The notes below the pieces were generated by a model. The model was not told the origin of the DNA and did no database searches. It saw only the letters and a program-made list of their open reading frames with translations. A stretch of DNA of 64,000 nt from NCBI GenBank assembly GCA_963749495.1, contig CAVVMW010000004.1:800001-864000 (forward strand), in the 5' to 3' direction. Source of the DNA: an uncultured bacterium (GTDB lineage: Bacteria; Verrucomicrobiota; Verrucomicrobiia; Limisphaerales; UBA8199). This document shows, in pieces, positions 19,631 to 29,400 of the stretch (its first letter is position 1; every line of letters starts with the position of its first letter). Position numbers and translations under genes: made by a program.

Positions 19631-20620
19631 ATGAACCACGTTGAACGGTTCCGGGCAGTCCTCAACTTTCAGCCGGTGGACCGGCTGCCGCGATGGGAAT
19701 GGGCGATGTGGTGGGACGAGACGATCAAGCGCTGGCACGGCGAGGGCCTGCCTCGCAGGCTCCAGTTCAACCAGGTCTTCGACATCGCCCGCTACTTCGG
19801 CCTCGATCCCTACCAGCAATTCTGGTTCAGCACGACCGACCCGACCATCGAAGCCACGCAGCACCACGTCCAAGGCATCGTGGCCGGCATGGCCGATTAC
19901 CTGCGCATTCGGCCGGACCTCTTTCCCTGTCACAAGGCGGCCATCGAAGCGATGGCGCCTTGGGCCCGGCGCCAGCGCCGCGGCGAAGCCGTCGTGTGGT
20001 GTACGCTCGAGGGTTTCTTCTGGTTCCCTCGCACCCTCATGGGTTTCCAAAACCTCATGTATGCCTTTTCCGACCAACCCGAGCTGCTCCATCGGATCAA
20101 TGGCGACCTGCTCGACTTCAATCTGGGCCTGCTCGAGGGCATCTTCGAGGTCTGCGTGCCCACGTTCATGACTATCGCGGAAGACATGTCTTACAACCAT
20201 GGCCCGATGATCTCGAGGCGGACCTTCGACGAGTTTGTCGCGCCGTACTATCGCCAGCTTGTGCCGCGCCTGCTGGAGCGGGGTGTGACGCCGATTGTGG
20301 ATACGGACGGCGACGTGACGCTGCTCGTGCCGTGGCTGGCCGATGTGGGAGTCAACGGCGTGCTGCCGCTGGAGCGCCAGGCGCGCGTGGATGGCCTGAA
20401 GCTGCGCCAACGCTACCCGCGGCTGCTGATGATAGGCCACTTCGACAAGATGACCATGAACCGGGGCGAGGCCGCGATGCGCGCCGAATTCGCGCGGCTG
20501 GTCCCGCTCATGAAAACCGGCGGGTTCATCCCCAGCGTGGACCACCAGACGCCGCCGGGTGTTTCGCTCGACGAGTATCGCCTCTATTTGCGGTTGCTGG
20601 ACGAATATGTGCGGATGTGA
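19631..20620 (+). CDS. Uroporphyrinogen-decarboxylase-like family protein
   Basis: ERFRAVLNFQPVDR, AEDMSYNHGPMIS, VDTDGD, GGFIPSVDHQTPP. Confidence 0.85.
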   Translation: MNHVERFRAVLNFQPVDRLPRWEWAMWWDETIKRWHGEGLPRRLQFNQVFDIARYFGLDPYQQFWFSTTDPTIEATQHHVQGIVAGMADYLRIRPDLFPCHKAAIEAMAPWARRQRRGEAVVWCTLEGFFWFPRTLMGFQNLMYAFSDQPELLHRINGDLLDFNLGLLEGIFEVCVPTFMTIAEDMSYNHGPMISRRTFDEFVAPYYRQLVPRLLERGVTPIVDTDGDVTLLVPWLADVGVNGVLPLERQARVDGLKLRQRYPRLLMIGHFDKMTMNRGEAAMRAEFARLVPLMKTGGFIPSVDHQTPPGVSLDEYRLYLRLLDEYVRM

Positions 20621-20702
20621 ACACCGGCGGGGCGCGATTTTGTTCTTCCACTCGGCGCCCGCTCGTGCTAGCATTGTTAGCAGAATTGAGCATCGAACCG
20701 TT

Positions 20703-20939
20703 ATGCCCCAACTCCTGGTCAGACAAATCGAAGAAAAAGTCGTGCGCAGGCTCAAAGAGCAGGCGGGCCGGCGCGGGGTCTCGATGGAGGAAGAGCACCG
20801 TCGCATCCTGCGTGAGGCGCTGCTCGGGCCGCCCCGGAAGAAGCGTTCGTTCAAGGAATTCTTGCTCGCGATGCCGAACGTGGGCGAGGACAGGGATTTT
20901 GAGCGTGGAAGGCAGATCGAGCGTCCGGCGGAGCTATGA
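20703..20939 (+). CDS. FitA/Arc-like antitoxin
   Basis: MPQLLVRQIEE..LKEQAGRRGVSMEEEHRRILREAL; ATGA overlap with the PIN gene. Confidence 0.85.
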   Translation: MPQLLVRQIEEKVVRRLKEQAGRRGVSMEEEHRRILREALLGPPRKKRSFKEFLLAMPNVGEDRDFERGRQIERPAEL

Positions 20940-21370
20940 GCGGCTTTCTGCTCGACACGAACGTCCTGCGCGAGCTCCGCAAAGCCAGGCGCTGTGATGC
21001 CGGCGTGCGGGACTGGATTCAAAACGCGGCCGCCGAAGAGCTGTTTGTGAGCGTGATGGCGCTGGGGGAGATCCGGCGCGGGATTGAGCATATCCACATT
21101 CGCGACCCGGACCAGGCGCGAGCCCTGGAGAAATGGTTGCAAAGCCTCAAGACCGAGTTTGCCGACCGTATCCTGCCCGTGGACGAACGGGTGGCCGACC
21201 AGTGGGGCCGCCTCGGCTTGCAGCATCCGGCCCCGGTCCTCGACGCCTTTCTGGCGGCGACGGCCTTGGTGTATGACCTGACCGTCGTCAGCCGGGATGA
21301 AGGCGGCTTTCGAAACGCCGGCGTGCCGTTTATCAATCCATTTTCCGAACGCAAACCCGCAGGGAACTAA
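20936..21370 (+). CDS. vapC: PIN-domain toxin (VapC/FitB)
   Basis: FLLDTNVLRE, GEIRRG, DAFLAATA, VVSRD. Confidence 0.9.
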   Translation: MSGFLLDTNVLRELRKARRCDAGVRDWIQNAAAEELFVSVMALGEIRRGIEHIHIRDPDQARALEKWLQSLKTEFADRILPVDERVADQWGRLGLQHPAPVLDAFLAATALVYDLTVVSRDEGGFRNAGVPFINPFSERKPAGN

Positions 21371-21483
21371 ATGGCGGAGCACCTGTGCGCGGGCAGCCGA
21401 GGGAACCTGGCTTGGCTTCCGAGCCGCCGAGGCAGGCGTTGGCCCCGTCGGAGCCTGCACCCCCGGATGCCCGGTTCCGCTTT

Positions 21484-21555
21484 GGAACAGAAGGAAACGA
21501 AGGGAACAAAGGAAACGAAGGCCAACTATTTTACTCGTCTTCGTTGCCTTCTTTT
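21484..21555. repeat. Degenerate inverted 9-mer tandem repeat (GAAGGAAAC)
   Basis: GAAGGAAAC GAAGGGAAC AAAGGAAAC GAAGG then CTTCGTTGCCTTC. Confidence 0.55.
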
Positions 21556-21616
21556 TGGACGTGCGGCGTACTCCAGGGCGCACGCCGCTTGCCGGACGTT
21601 GTCCGCGCCTCAGAAC

Positions 21617-24145
21617 ATGACAATCTCATTCACCGTTTGGAGCCGGTTGCTGCCGTGCTGTTGCGGATTCCTCGCCACGACCGCGCTCGCTGCAGGTCCC
21701 GCCATCGAGCATGACGCGCAGAATAAACGGGTCACTTTGTCAGGTGCCGGGTTGGTCTTGCGGCTCCGTTACGACGGTCAATGCCTCCTGGACCAGGTGA
21801 AGGTGCGCGGGCTCGATGTGGTCGCCCGCGATACGGGCGTGTGCACCGCCATCAAGTCCGGCGGCCAATGGTTCACCACCCGCGCCGCCATCCCGACACC
21901 ACAGGTGGAAACGGCCTCCAACAGCCTCACGGTGACGGGCATCCGCTTGGGCGGCGGCGGGATGGACATCTCCGAGACGTGGCGCTTCACCGTCTCTGCC
22001 GGTCGGATTGTGTGGCGCATCGAGCGCACCTATCTTGCCGGCGGCCTTGTCGAGGACACGTATTTTCCCGGTTGGGACTTTCAGGACATGTCGGTGTGGA
22101 CCGGGGCGCTTTTGGGCAACGGGGGTGTGGCCTGGGGCAAATTGTTCGATGCGCCCAATGCCTCCTATGGCGTCCACAATGGCCAGGTCACCTTTTGGAA
22201 CCAGGCCCGGAACGCGTGTTTGCGCATTGTTCCAACCGCGCCCGCAGGCGGCCAGATCGCCGTTCGGTTCAGCCGCCAGCCCAGCGGTGTCTTCTCTTTC
22301 AACTATTCCGTCGCAGAAACCCCGGCAACGCCCAACCACGGCCTGTCGCGCTTCCTGCACGACCGGCAGGACGTATGGCGGCCCTTCGCCGTCAAGCCCG
22401 GCCGGGTCGGCGTCGAGTTCACCTTGAGCGCGCCCGATTACGATCAGGCCTGCGGTCTGGGCACTTTGCCGGGACTCGACGCCGTCAGTGTGCGCCAGAT
22501 TAGCCACACGATCGCGCGCATTGGGGTGGTCGACGAACTGCTCATGGGCAGCAACGGCTATTACAGCGACTGCGCCGTGCTGCACGAGCCCTGGATTGCG
22601 CAAATGGGACTGCTGATCGACGACCCCACCTACTGCCGCGCCTTGAGCGACACGCTGGACTTCCAACGCCAGCACGCCATCGGGGCCGATGGGCGAGTGA
22701 AGCCGCGTTGGGCCGGCCGACCCGGCGATGAGCAGCCCGGCACCTACGATGCCTTGGGCTTTTACGAATGCCAGTGGGGCTGGCTCATGGACTCCCAGCC
22801 AAGCTGGGTCATCAACGTGGCCGAATTGTTCGACCTCACGGGCGACAGGGATTGGCTGCGGCGCCAGAAGCCGGCGTGCGAGCGCGTGCTCGATTACCTG
22901 CTCCGGCGAGACACCGATGGGAACGGTCTGGTGGAGATGATGAGCGATTCGGAAAAGGAGGGCAAAGCCAGCGATTGGATCAACGTCGTGTGGGCCGCGC
23001 ACGAAAACGCGCTGGTCAACGCGCAACTGTATTGGGCGATGTCCAATTGGGCCGGCCTGGAGGAACTCCTGGGCGACGCCGCTCAGGCCGGACGTTATCG
23101 CGCGGCCGCGGCCAGGCTCAAACACGGCTTTAACCGCAGCACCGCACAAGGCGGCTTCTGGGATGCGGGCAAGCAGTGCTATGCGCACTGGCGCGACAAG
23201 GATGGTTCGGCGCACGGCGCCAATCTCGTTGTGCCCGTGAATTTTTCCGCCATCGGTTACGGACTCTGCGATGAGCCGGGGCGGCGCGCGGCAATCCTCG
23301 ACCGGATCGAGTCCTTGATGGAACGAGAGCGCCTGTTCTTTTGGCCGTTGTGTCTGCTCTCGTATGCCAGGGACGAAGTGAATCCCGCAGTCAACTGGCC
23401 GTTCCCCTCCTACGAAAACGGGGACCTGTTCCTGGCCTGGGGTGAATTGGGCACGCGCGTTTACGCCGCCGGCCAACCCGCGATTGCGCTGAAATACGTG
23501 AGAAATGTGCTCGCCCAATACGCGAAGGACGGCCTTGCCTTCCAGCGGTATTTGCGCAAGTCCCAGGCCGGCGCGGGCAATGATATTCTCGCCAACAATT
23601 GCAGCATCGTGGTCGGGCTCTATCGCAACCTCTACGGCATCCAACCCAAATACAACCGCCTTTACCTCGAACCACATCTCGTGCCCGAACTCGACGGGAC
23701 ACGATTGAACTACTCGCTCCGCGGCCAGGAGTATCATTTGGACTTGAGCGTGAGCAACTATTCCGTCTCGGCGGGCAATTTCGTCCTCCGCGATCACCGG
23801 CCCTTTGGCGTCAATGTCGAACCAGACTCGCTGCAATACTTTGCCGGGCCCGACCCAACCAGCGCCCTGACGATCCGCGCCTCGAGCGCGGCACCGGTCG
23901 AGGTGGCCATTGCCTCCTGGCCGGAGACGCCGTCGGGAGAACGGGCCTGGACCGAGTCTTGCCGGCAACCCGGCCCCACCGCGCGACACGTCCTCTCCGG
24001 CCTGTCTCCCCGCGCGTCTTATGTGCTCTCACAAAACGGCCGGCGAATGGACACTCTCCAAAGCGACGCCTCCGGGCGGTTGGTGTTCTCGTGCGAGTTT
24101 GCCAACTCCTCTGCGCAGCATTTTGAACTGAGGCCAGGGCAATGA
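21617..24145 (+). CDS. Secreted six-hairpin (alpha/alpha)6 glycoside hydrolase
   Basis: Signal peptide; ELFDLTGDRDWL, DTDGNGLVE, SDWINVV, NALVNAQLY, YENG. Confidence 0.75.
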   Translation: MTISFTVWSRLLPCCCGFLATTALAAGPAIEHDAQNKRVTLSGAGLVLRLRYDGQCLLDQVKVRGLDVVARDTGVCTAIKSGGQWFTTRAAIPTPQVETASNSLTVTGIRLGGGGMDISETWRFTVSAGRIVWRIERTYLAGGLVEDTYFPGWDFQDMSVWTGALLGNGGVAWGKLFDAPNASYGVHNGQVTFWNQARNACLRIVPTAPAGGQIAVRFSRQPSGVFSFNYSVAETPATPNHGLSRFLHDRQDVWRPFAVKPGRVGVEFTLSAPDYDQACGLGTLPGLDAVSVRQISHTIARIGVVDELLMGSNGYYSDCAVLHEPWIAQMGLLIDDPTYCRALSDTLDFQRQHAIGADGRVKPRWAGRPGDEQPGTYDALGFYECQWGWLMDSQPSWVINVAELFDLTGDRDWLRRQKPACERVLDYLLRRDTDGNGLVEMMSDSEKEGKASDWINVVWAAHENALVNAQLYWAMSNWAGLEELLGDAAQAGRYRAAAARLKHGFNRSTAQGGFWDAGKQCYAHWRDKDGSAHGANLVVPVNFSAIGYGLCDEPGRRAAILDRIESLMERERLFFWPLCLLSYARDEVNPAVNWPFPSYENGDLFLAWGELGTRVYAAGQPAIALKYVRNVLAQYAKDGLAFQRYLRKSQAGAGNDILANNCSIVVGLYRNLYGIQPKYNRLYLEPHLVPELDGTRLNYSLRGQEYHLDLSVSNYSVSAGNFVLRDHRPFGVNVEPDSLQYFAGPDPTSALTIRASSAAPVEVAIASWPETPSGERAWTESCRQPGPTARHVLSGLSPRASYVLSQNGRRMDTLQSDASGRLVFSCEFANSSAQHFELRPGQ

Positions 24146-24193
24146 AACCAGCGAAGCCCTGGGCCTGGTCAGAGCATGGAAGGGACTGAATCT

Positions 24194-24554
24194 CCGGCCC
24201 AACGGGCCGGCAGAGCCTAGCCCAGGGCTGAGGCCGCCAGGCCGATGCCCTGGGACAACGCCCCGGGAGATTAGGCGCGCCCTGAAAGGGCGCTACATCG
24301 GAGTAGCCAACATTGGCACACCCATGTGGATTCTGGACCCTTGTCGCAGCCTTTGTCGCAACCTTTGTCGAATTTTGCGCGCTCTCGACAAAGGTTCCGA
24401 CAAAGGCCGCGACAAAGGTCGTGCCAGTGCTGCGTGGTCCGATTGACAAGGCTCTGGCGCCCGCTCAGGGCGCGGGGCCCAGGTTTGTGGCGAAACCCAG
24501 GGCATCGGCCTGGCGGCCTCGGCCCTGGGCTAGGTTCTGGCGGCCCGTTGGGCC
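24194..24554. repeat. REP-like element, family C, containing an inverted 12-mer tandem (CCTTTGTCGCAG-like)
   Basis: Arms as at 18827-19126; centre has three TTGTCG units at 12-bp spacing and three mirrored CGACAAAGG units; same 12-mer recurs at ~62703-62735. Confidence 0.8.
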
Positions 24555-24790
24555 ACGAGGCAGGCGTCGTCGGCGCTGCTCTTGATGGGGTACGGCACGC
24601 GGTGGACGCGGAAGAGGTCCTCGGCTTCGTGAAAGCTCAAGCCTAGAAGCTCCGCAACCTTGCCGCGCGACAGCCGGCCGCGAGCGCACTCGTCAACCAG
24701 CAGCGCCTCCAGGGCGCGCTTTGGCAGCGTCTCTCGCGCGTAGCCTAACGCCTTGGCAACGGGCTCGGGGACCTCAAGGGTGATTTCCAT
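24530..24790 (-). CDS. UPF0175-family putative antitoxin (3' end runs into the repeat)
   Basis: MEITLEVPE..GRLSRGKVAELLGLS..DLFRVHRVP. Confidence 0.75.
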   Translation of the reverse strand: MEITLEVPEPVAKALGYARETLPKRALEALLVDECARGRLSRGKVAELLGLSFHEAEDLFRVHRVPYPIKSSADDACLVAQRAART

Positions 24791-25063
24791 ATGCGGCTTT
24801 CGGTCGTAAACAGCCTTTTGGGAACTCTACCACGAAGCACCGGCTAAGCGCAAGCAATGGCGGGGGGGGTAGGATCCTAATTTGCCCGGACTTGGCGGCT
24901 TTGGTGGTTGGCCCTATTTGTCTAATGCATTATATTAAATCCGTTTAGGCTATCGGAGCTAGTGGAAATGTGAACAAAGTGCGAATAGTTTGTGAATCGC
25001 AGTGAGTATGTTTTTACCCCGTTTTATTGACTGGCTCAAACAGGCGCATCATGCTCCAAAAAA

Positions 25064-26011
25064 ATGGCCCATATTCTTTCAGATCGAGAAATTAAAAAAC
25101 TCATCGGAGAAGTTCTAGTCGGCGCCGACGAGCACCTTGTAAGCCCGAATGGAATTGAGCTTCGTTTGGGGACGCAAGTCCGTTTCTTGTCCACCAATGA
25201 GCAAAAGGCGATCCCGGAAAAGCATTTTGTCGTCGTTCATCCAGGAGAAGCAGTCATAATTGTCAGTGTGGAATCCCTTAATTTTAATAAGGAGATTGTT
25301 CGGAAATATTTCCCACATTGTTCATTAATGGCGATAATCACCCCGACAACTACGATGATGCGAGAGGGCATGATACAGTGTGCCACCAAAGTTCACGCTG
25401 GATTTGTTGGGGGGTTAAACTGGGGATTCCGGAATAGTTCTGCCAAGGATTTTGTGATGCAGCAGGGTGAACCGTTATTCAATCTTACGCTTTTCCTGCT
25501 GGAGGGCAATGAACTTCCCGATGTTGAGTACGGAGAAAACCCAGATCACAAATATCAAAACACCAAAGGGATTGTGATGTCGCAGCGGAAGCTGCCCGCG
25601 GACATTTCAAAAGAGCAGATGGTTTCCTCATCGTTTCTTAAACTCGACCCCAAAATACAGTTGCGGGAAGCCGGACACCCCTTCAGTTATATCGGAACGG
25701 AATTGACTCAATTGCAGGGGAGATTTGAACTCGTTTCCGGTGGGGTGGAAGCCCTGAAAGAAAAGATTGACGAAACAAAGCAGTCTTTACTTGATAAAAT
25801 GGATACGATGTTTCAGATGAAATTCCTTTGGGCAGCCAGCCTGTGCATTGGGGTAATCTCAGGCTCTTATGCCGTGCGTGGCTTCCTCATTCAAAAAACC
25901 GTTTTGACTGCGGCAGAAACTTATGTCGTCGCTGGGTGCATTGGAATTGTGCTGTCTGGATTAGGGGTGCGGCTTCTGTTTCTCCCAAAGAAACCAGGCA
26001 AAAAGCACTAG
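25064..26011 (+). CDS. dCTP-deaminase/dUTPase-fold domain with degenerate active site + coiled coil + 2 TM helices
   Basis: ILSDREI, PNGIELRLG, HPGE, AGFVG, KYQNTKG; two hydrophobic C-terminal segments and a KKPGKKH tail; AT-rich codon usage. Confidence 0.8.
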   Translation: MAHILSDREIKKLIGEVLVGADEHLVSPNGIELRLGTQVRFLSTNEQKAIPEKHFVVVHPGEAVIIVSVESLNFNKEIVRKYFPHCSLMAIITPTTTMMREGMIQCATKVHAGFVGGLNWGFRNSSAKDFVMQQGEPLFNLTLFLLEGNELPDVEYGENPDHKYQNTKGIVMSQRKLPADISKEQMVSSSFLKLDPKIQLREAGHPFSYIGTELTQLQGRFELVSGGVEALKEKIDETKQSLLDKMDTMFQMKFLWAASLCIGVISGSYAVRGFLIQKTVLTAAETYVVAGCIGIVLSGLGVRLLFLPKKPGKKH

Positions 26012-26015
26012 TGAA

Positions 26016-26237
26016 TTACTTCTTCCCTTTCAATTCGGCCACGATAGCAGCCCTGACCGCCTCTTGCGGCCCCGTAACGGGCGGGATTGCAAGGACCGTC
26101 ACAAACTTCTCATCTCGGTTCTGGGGCCCCCCTGGGTGACTCCAGGCGAAGCAGCGTTTGGCCTTGGGGTGTCCTGTCAAGTCGAAGACTTCAACTTGGC
26201 CCCGCCAGACCATCTTGCCGGGAAACACTTCATGCAC
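26016..26237 (-). pseudogene. N-terminally truncated small hypothetical protein
   Basis: VHEVF..WRGQVEVFDLTGHPKAKRCFAWS..FVTVLAIPPV; no convincing start. Confidence 0.55.
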
Positions 26238-26413
26238 AGCCGGAACGGATTTTGGCTTTCGTGACGGCCCAAGGGAAGCCGGTTTCCAAGTCGGAAATCG
26301 CCGCCGGGGTCAAGACGAAGTATATCGGCGGGGCCTTGAAAAAGATGGTTGAGAAGTCAAAGACCCTCAGTTTCGACAGGACCGGCAAGGTGTATTCCGT
26401 GCCGGCGAAGTAG
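26237..26413 (+). pseudogene. Winged-helix-like C-terminal fragment
   Basis: ERILAFVTAQGKPVSKSEIAAGV..GALKKMVE..GKVYSV*. Confidence 0.4.
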
Positions 26414-26436
26414 GGAGAAGATCGGGACCGATTCAC

Positions 26437-26460
26437 CCCCGCCCTCTGATTTGGGCGGGG
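26437..26460. terminator. Hairpin between convergent ORFs
   Basis: CCCCGCCC-N8-GGGCGGGG. Confidence 0.5.
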
Positions 26461-26473
26461 TCTTCATGCGCAT

Positions 26474-29400
26474 TCAACTGTGAACCGTTCGTGCGGCATT
26501 GATTGCCGCGACAATGCCCTCTTTCTCCTGTTGCTCGAAATGCCACCAGTTCGTGCTCCAGACCCGATGGACACGCCAGCCGAGCTTTTCCAAAACTCGC
26601 TGCCTCGCACGGTCGCGTGTTCGTGCAACGAGGGAACTGTGGTAGGCCGCACCGTCGCATTCAATGGCGAGAATGCTTTTGTCACGTTCCTTGATGATGA
26701 TGTCGAGCCGGAAATTGCCAGCGCCGTGTTGGCATTCGATGTCGTAGCCTTCGTTTTCCAAGAACTCGACAACCTGTTCCTCAAACGGCGACTCACAATA
26801 GACAACGTTTGAAACGCCATCGTTTTTGCGCTCAAATCGCTTGCTGCCAATGCCGAACGTGCGCGCTTGGTCGGTACTCTCCAACTCGGCGAGAAAATCT
26901 CTAAGGCAACGAAAGCCTCGGCTTTGCGCGCCTGTCGCTTCCAAGTCGGCAACCTTCAGCGACGAGACAACAATCAGGCCACTGCGAGAGCGAGTGATGG
27001 CCACATTGAGTCGGCGTTCGCCGCCGCTCTTGTTCAGAGGTCCGAGCACGGATGCGTTGAATTGCCCACCGGCATTCTTCCCATACGTCAGGCTCAAAAG
27101 GATTCGGTCCATTTCGTCGCCTTGCACAGTTTCGAGATTTCGCAGAAAGAATCTTGCCTCGTCAGCGCAAAAAGCGCAGACTTGGTCCGACGCAAAAATG
27201 AGTTGTTCGTCAATCAGTTCCATCTGCGGAATATTCATGGTGACGACACCGAGCGATTTGTCGGGATGCTCGCGGACGTGTAATTCAATCAGTTTGACGA
27301 CTTCCTGAGCTTCCGTCGGATTGTTCCGCTGACCGGATTCCGAATAAACTGCATTGGGAAGATAGTGCAGTCGCCGACCAATTCCGCTAATGTGCGCAGG
27401 CGGATACATTTCGAGTTTTCCGCCGTAAAACCAATTATTTGAAAAGGCGATAAGGTCGGGCGTTTCGCTGCGGTAGTGAGACATCAACATAACCTGCGTC
27501 TTGTCTTCCTCAAATACACCGCCGAATTCCTCCAACAGGCTTTCGCTGACGCCGAAATCTTCCACCTCCGCCTCTGGGCTCGCAAAGCTTGCAAAGAAGT
27601 CCGTCGGCGGGAGTTGGTTCCTGTCTCCAACGATGATGACCTGTTTGCCAAACGACATGGAAAGCAAGCCGTCTAGCACCCGTATCTGCGAAGCTTCGTC
27701 GAAAATTACCAAATCGAACGGAACGCCATACTCTTCAAAAATCTGCGAATCAATCAAGTTGGCAAGCGAAGTCGGACTCATCAGCCAGCACGGTTTCGCC
27801 GCGATGAGGTAATCCAGATGTGCGTTTGCCAACTCGCGAACTGTGCCGCGAATTCGTTGCAGGCCAGCCAGACGACGGAGTTCGGATTCGTTGTGTGCCG
27901 CGTATTGCACAGCCTCCTCCATCCTTTCTCGCAGGCTGGCTTTCAAACGGTCAATCACCCATGATGCCAGTTTTTCGTCCTGTTCGGTGAACTCCTTGAG
28001 CGTTTGCTTGAATTGAAGCCCGTGGGGTTTTGCGACTGGGTCACAGAGCCGAAGCAAATTGAAACAAAAGAGCCTCTGACCTTGAGATGGTTTGACCGAA
28101 CCGTCGAGAATCTTCGACCAGAGCGACTTGATTTCTGGAAACGCAGAGATTTTTCCGTGCCAGCGCTTCTTTTCCAACCACAACGGGCGGCGCTGCAATT
28201 CAGTCAGCATTTCACTAACTCTGGTCACGAGCGATGTGTAGTCCTGAATTCCGGCGCAAGGATGCTCAAAGAGCGCGTTGAGTTCGTCATAGGCCCTGGC
28301 CATAACGGTCTGATGATTTTTGAGATGGTCGCGCAGCTTTACCCAAAGCCCACTGTCAATATCCAGTTTTTGCTGACCACGCAACCGCTCAAAAAGATCT
28401 CGCCAAGCAATTACCTCATGCAGCCATTTCCAATCGGGATGGCGTTCACGCGCGCGCTGTAATTCCAGATATTTTGTGAGGGGTGCAAGTTTTTGTTGGG
28501 AATCAGCAAAATCTCGTTGCGCGGCGAATCCCGCCATGACGAAATTCACGCGGTCGCCTTCCTCTTGCTCGTAATCTTGAAGGAACTTATGGATGCGTTG
28601 ATGTGCTGCTGCGTAAAATGCAAGCGCGTCTTCGAGATTGTCGGATTGCTGTTGGTCGGGCAAAGCCAATGCATCAAAATCCGAAAGCACGGTCTTCACG
28701 GTTGCCAGCAAGCTGGCGTTGGTGGATTGCCAAAATGTTTCCCAGTGAACGCTGCCGACCTGAAACAAGTCGTTCCTGTCCCGCATCTGCTCCACGAAGA
28801 CGGCCATTTGTTCCAGCGCCTGCACTTCTTCTCTTGAAAGGTAGTTCTCGAAGTGCTCAGGGTTTTCATGGGCTATCGCGAGGTAGGCCGAAGTCAACTG
28901 CATCAAAACAACGTGTGTCTCTGCCGCGGCGCGAAACGCATGAACAGTGCGCAACGCCGTGACCGCATGAAGTGTGACTTCTTGCCACTGCTTGAACCCT
29001 CGCGGGGGAATTTTCGGGAACACTTGGCGGAGCGCATATTTGCATTTGCGGTCGTTGACGAAATGCACGCAATAGCTGACAAGGTTAAATCCGTGCTCGG
29101 CTTTTGCCTCGACATGTTCCCAATGGGTAGTCGCAACGCGCTCCAGAGCGAGGAAATGCAATGGCAAAGGAGAATTCTTGGCGTGCGTGGCACAGGCTCG
29201 GAAATGCGCTTTCCATCCGGCAACTGTTAGAACGGGCGTGGTGTCTGATTTCCACCAACCGCGAGGAATTGTCGTCGCAAGGGAGGCCAAAGAAATAACG
29301 GCGTGCAGCTGCGCCCGTCTGACCGTCAGCAGAGGCGAATAGACAAGTCCGATTTGTTCACAGAGTCGGCGATACGCTTTTTGGCTCGATTCAATTTCGC

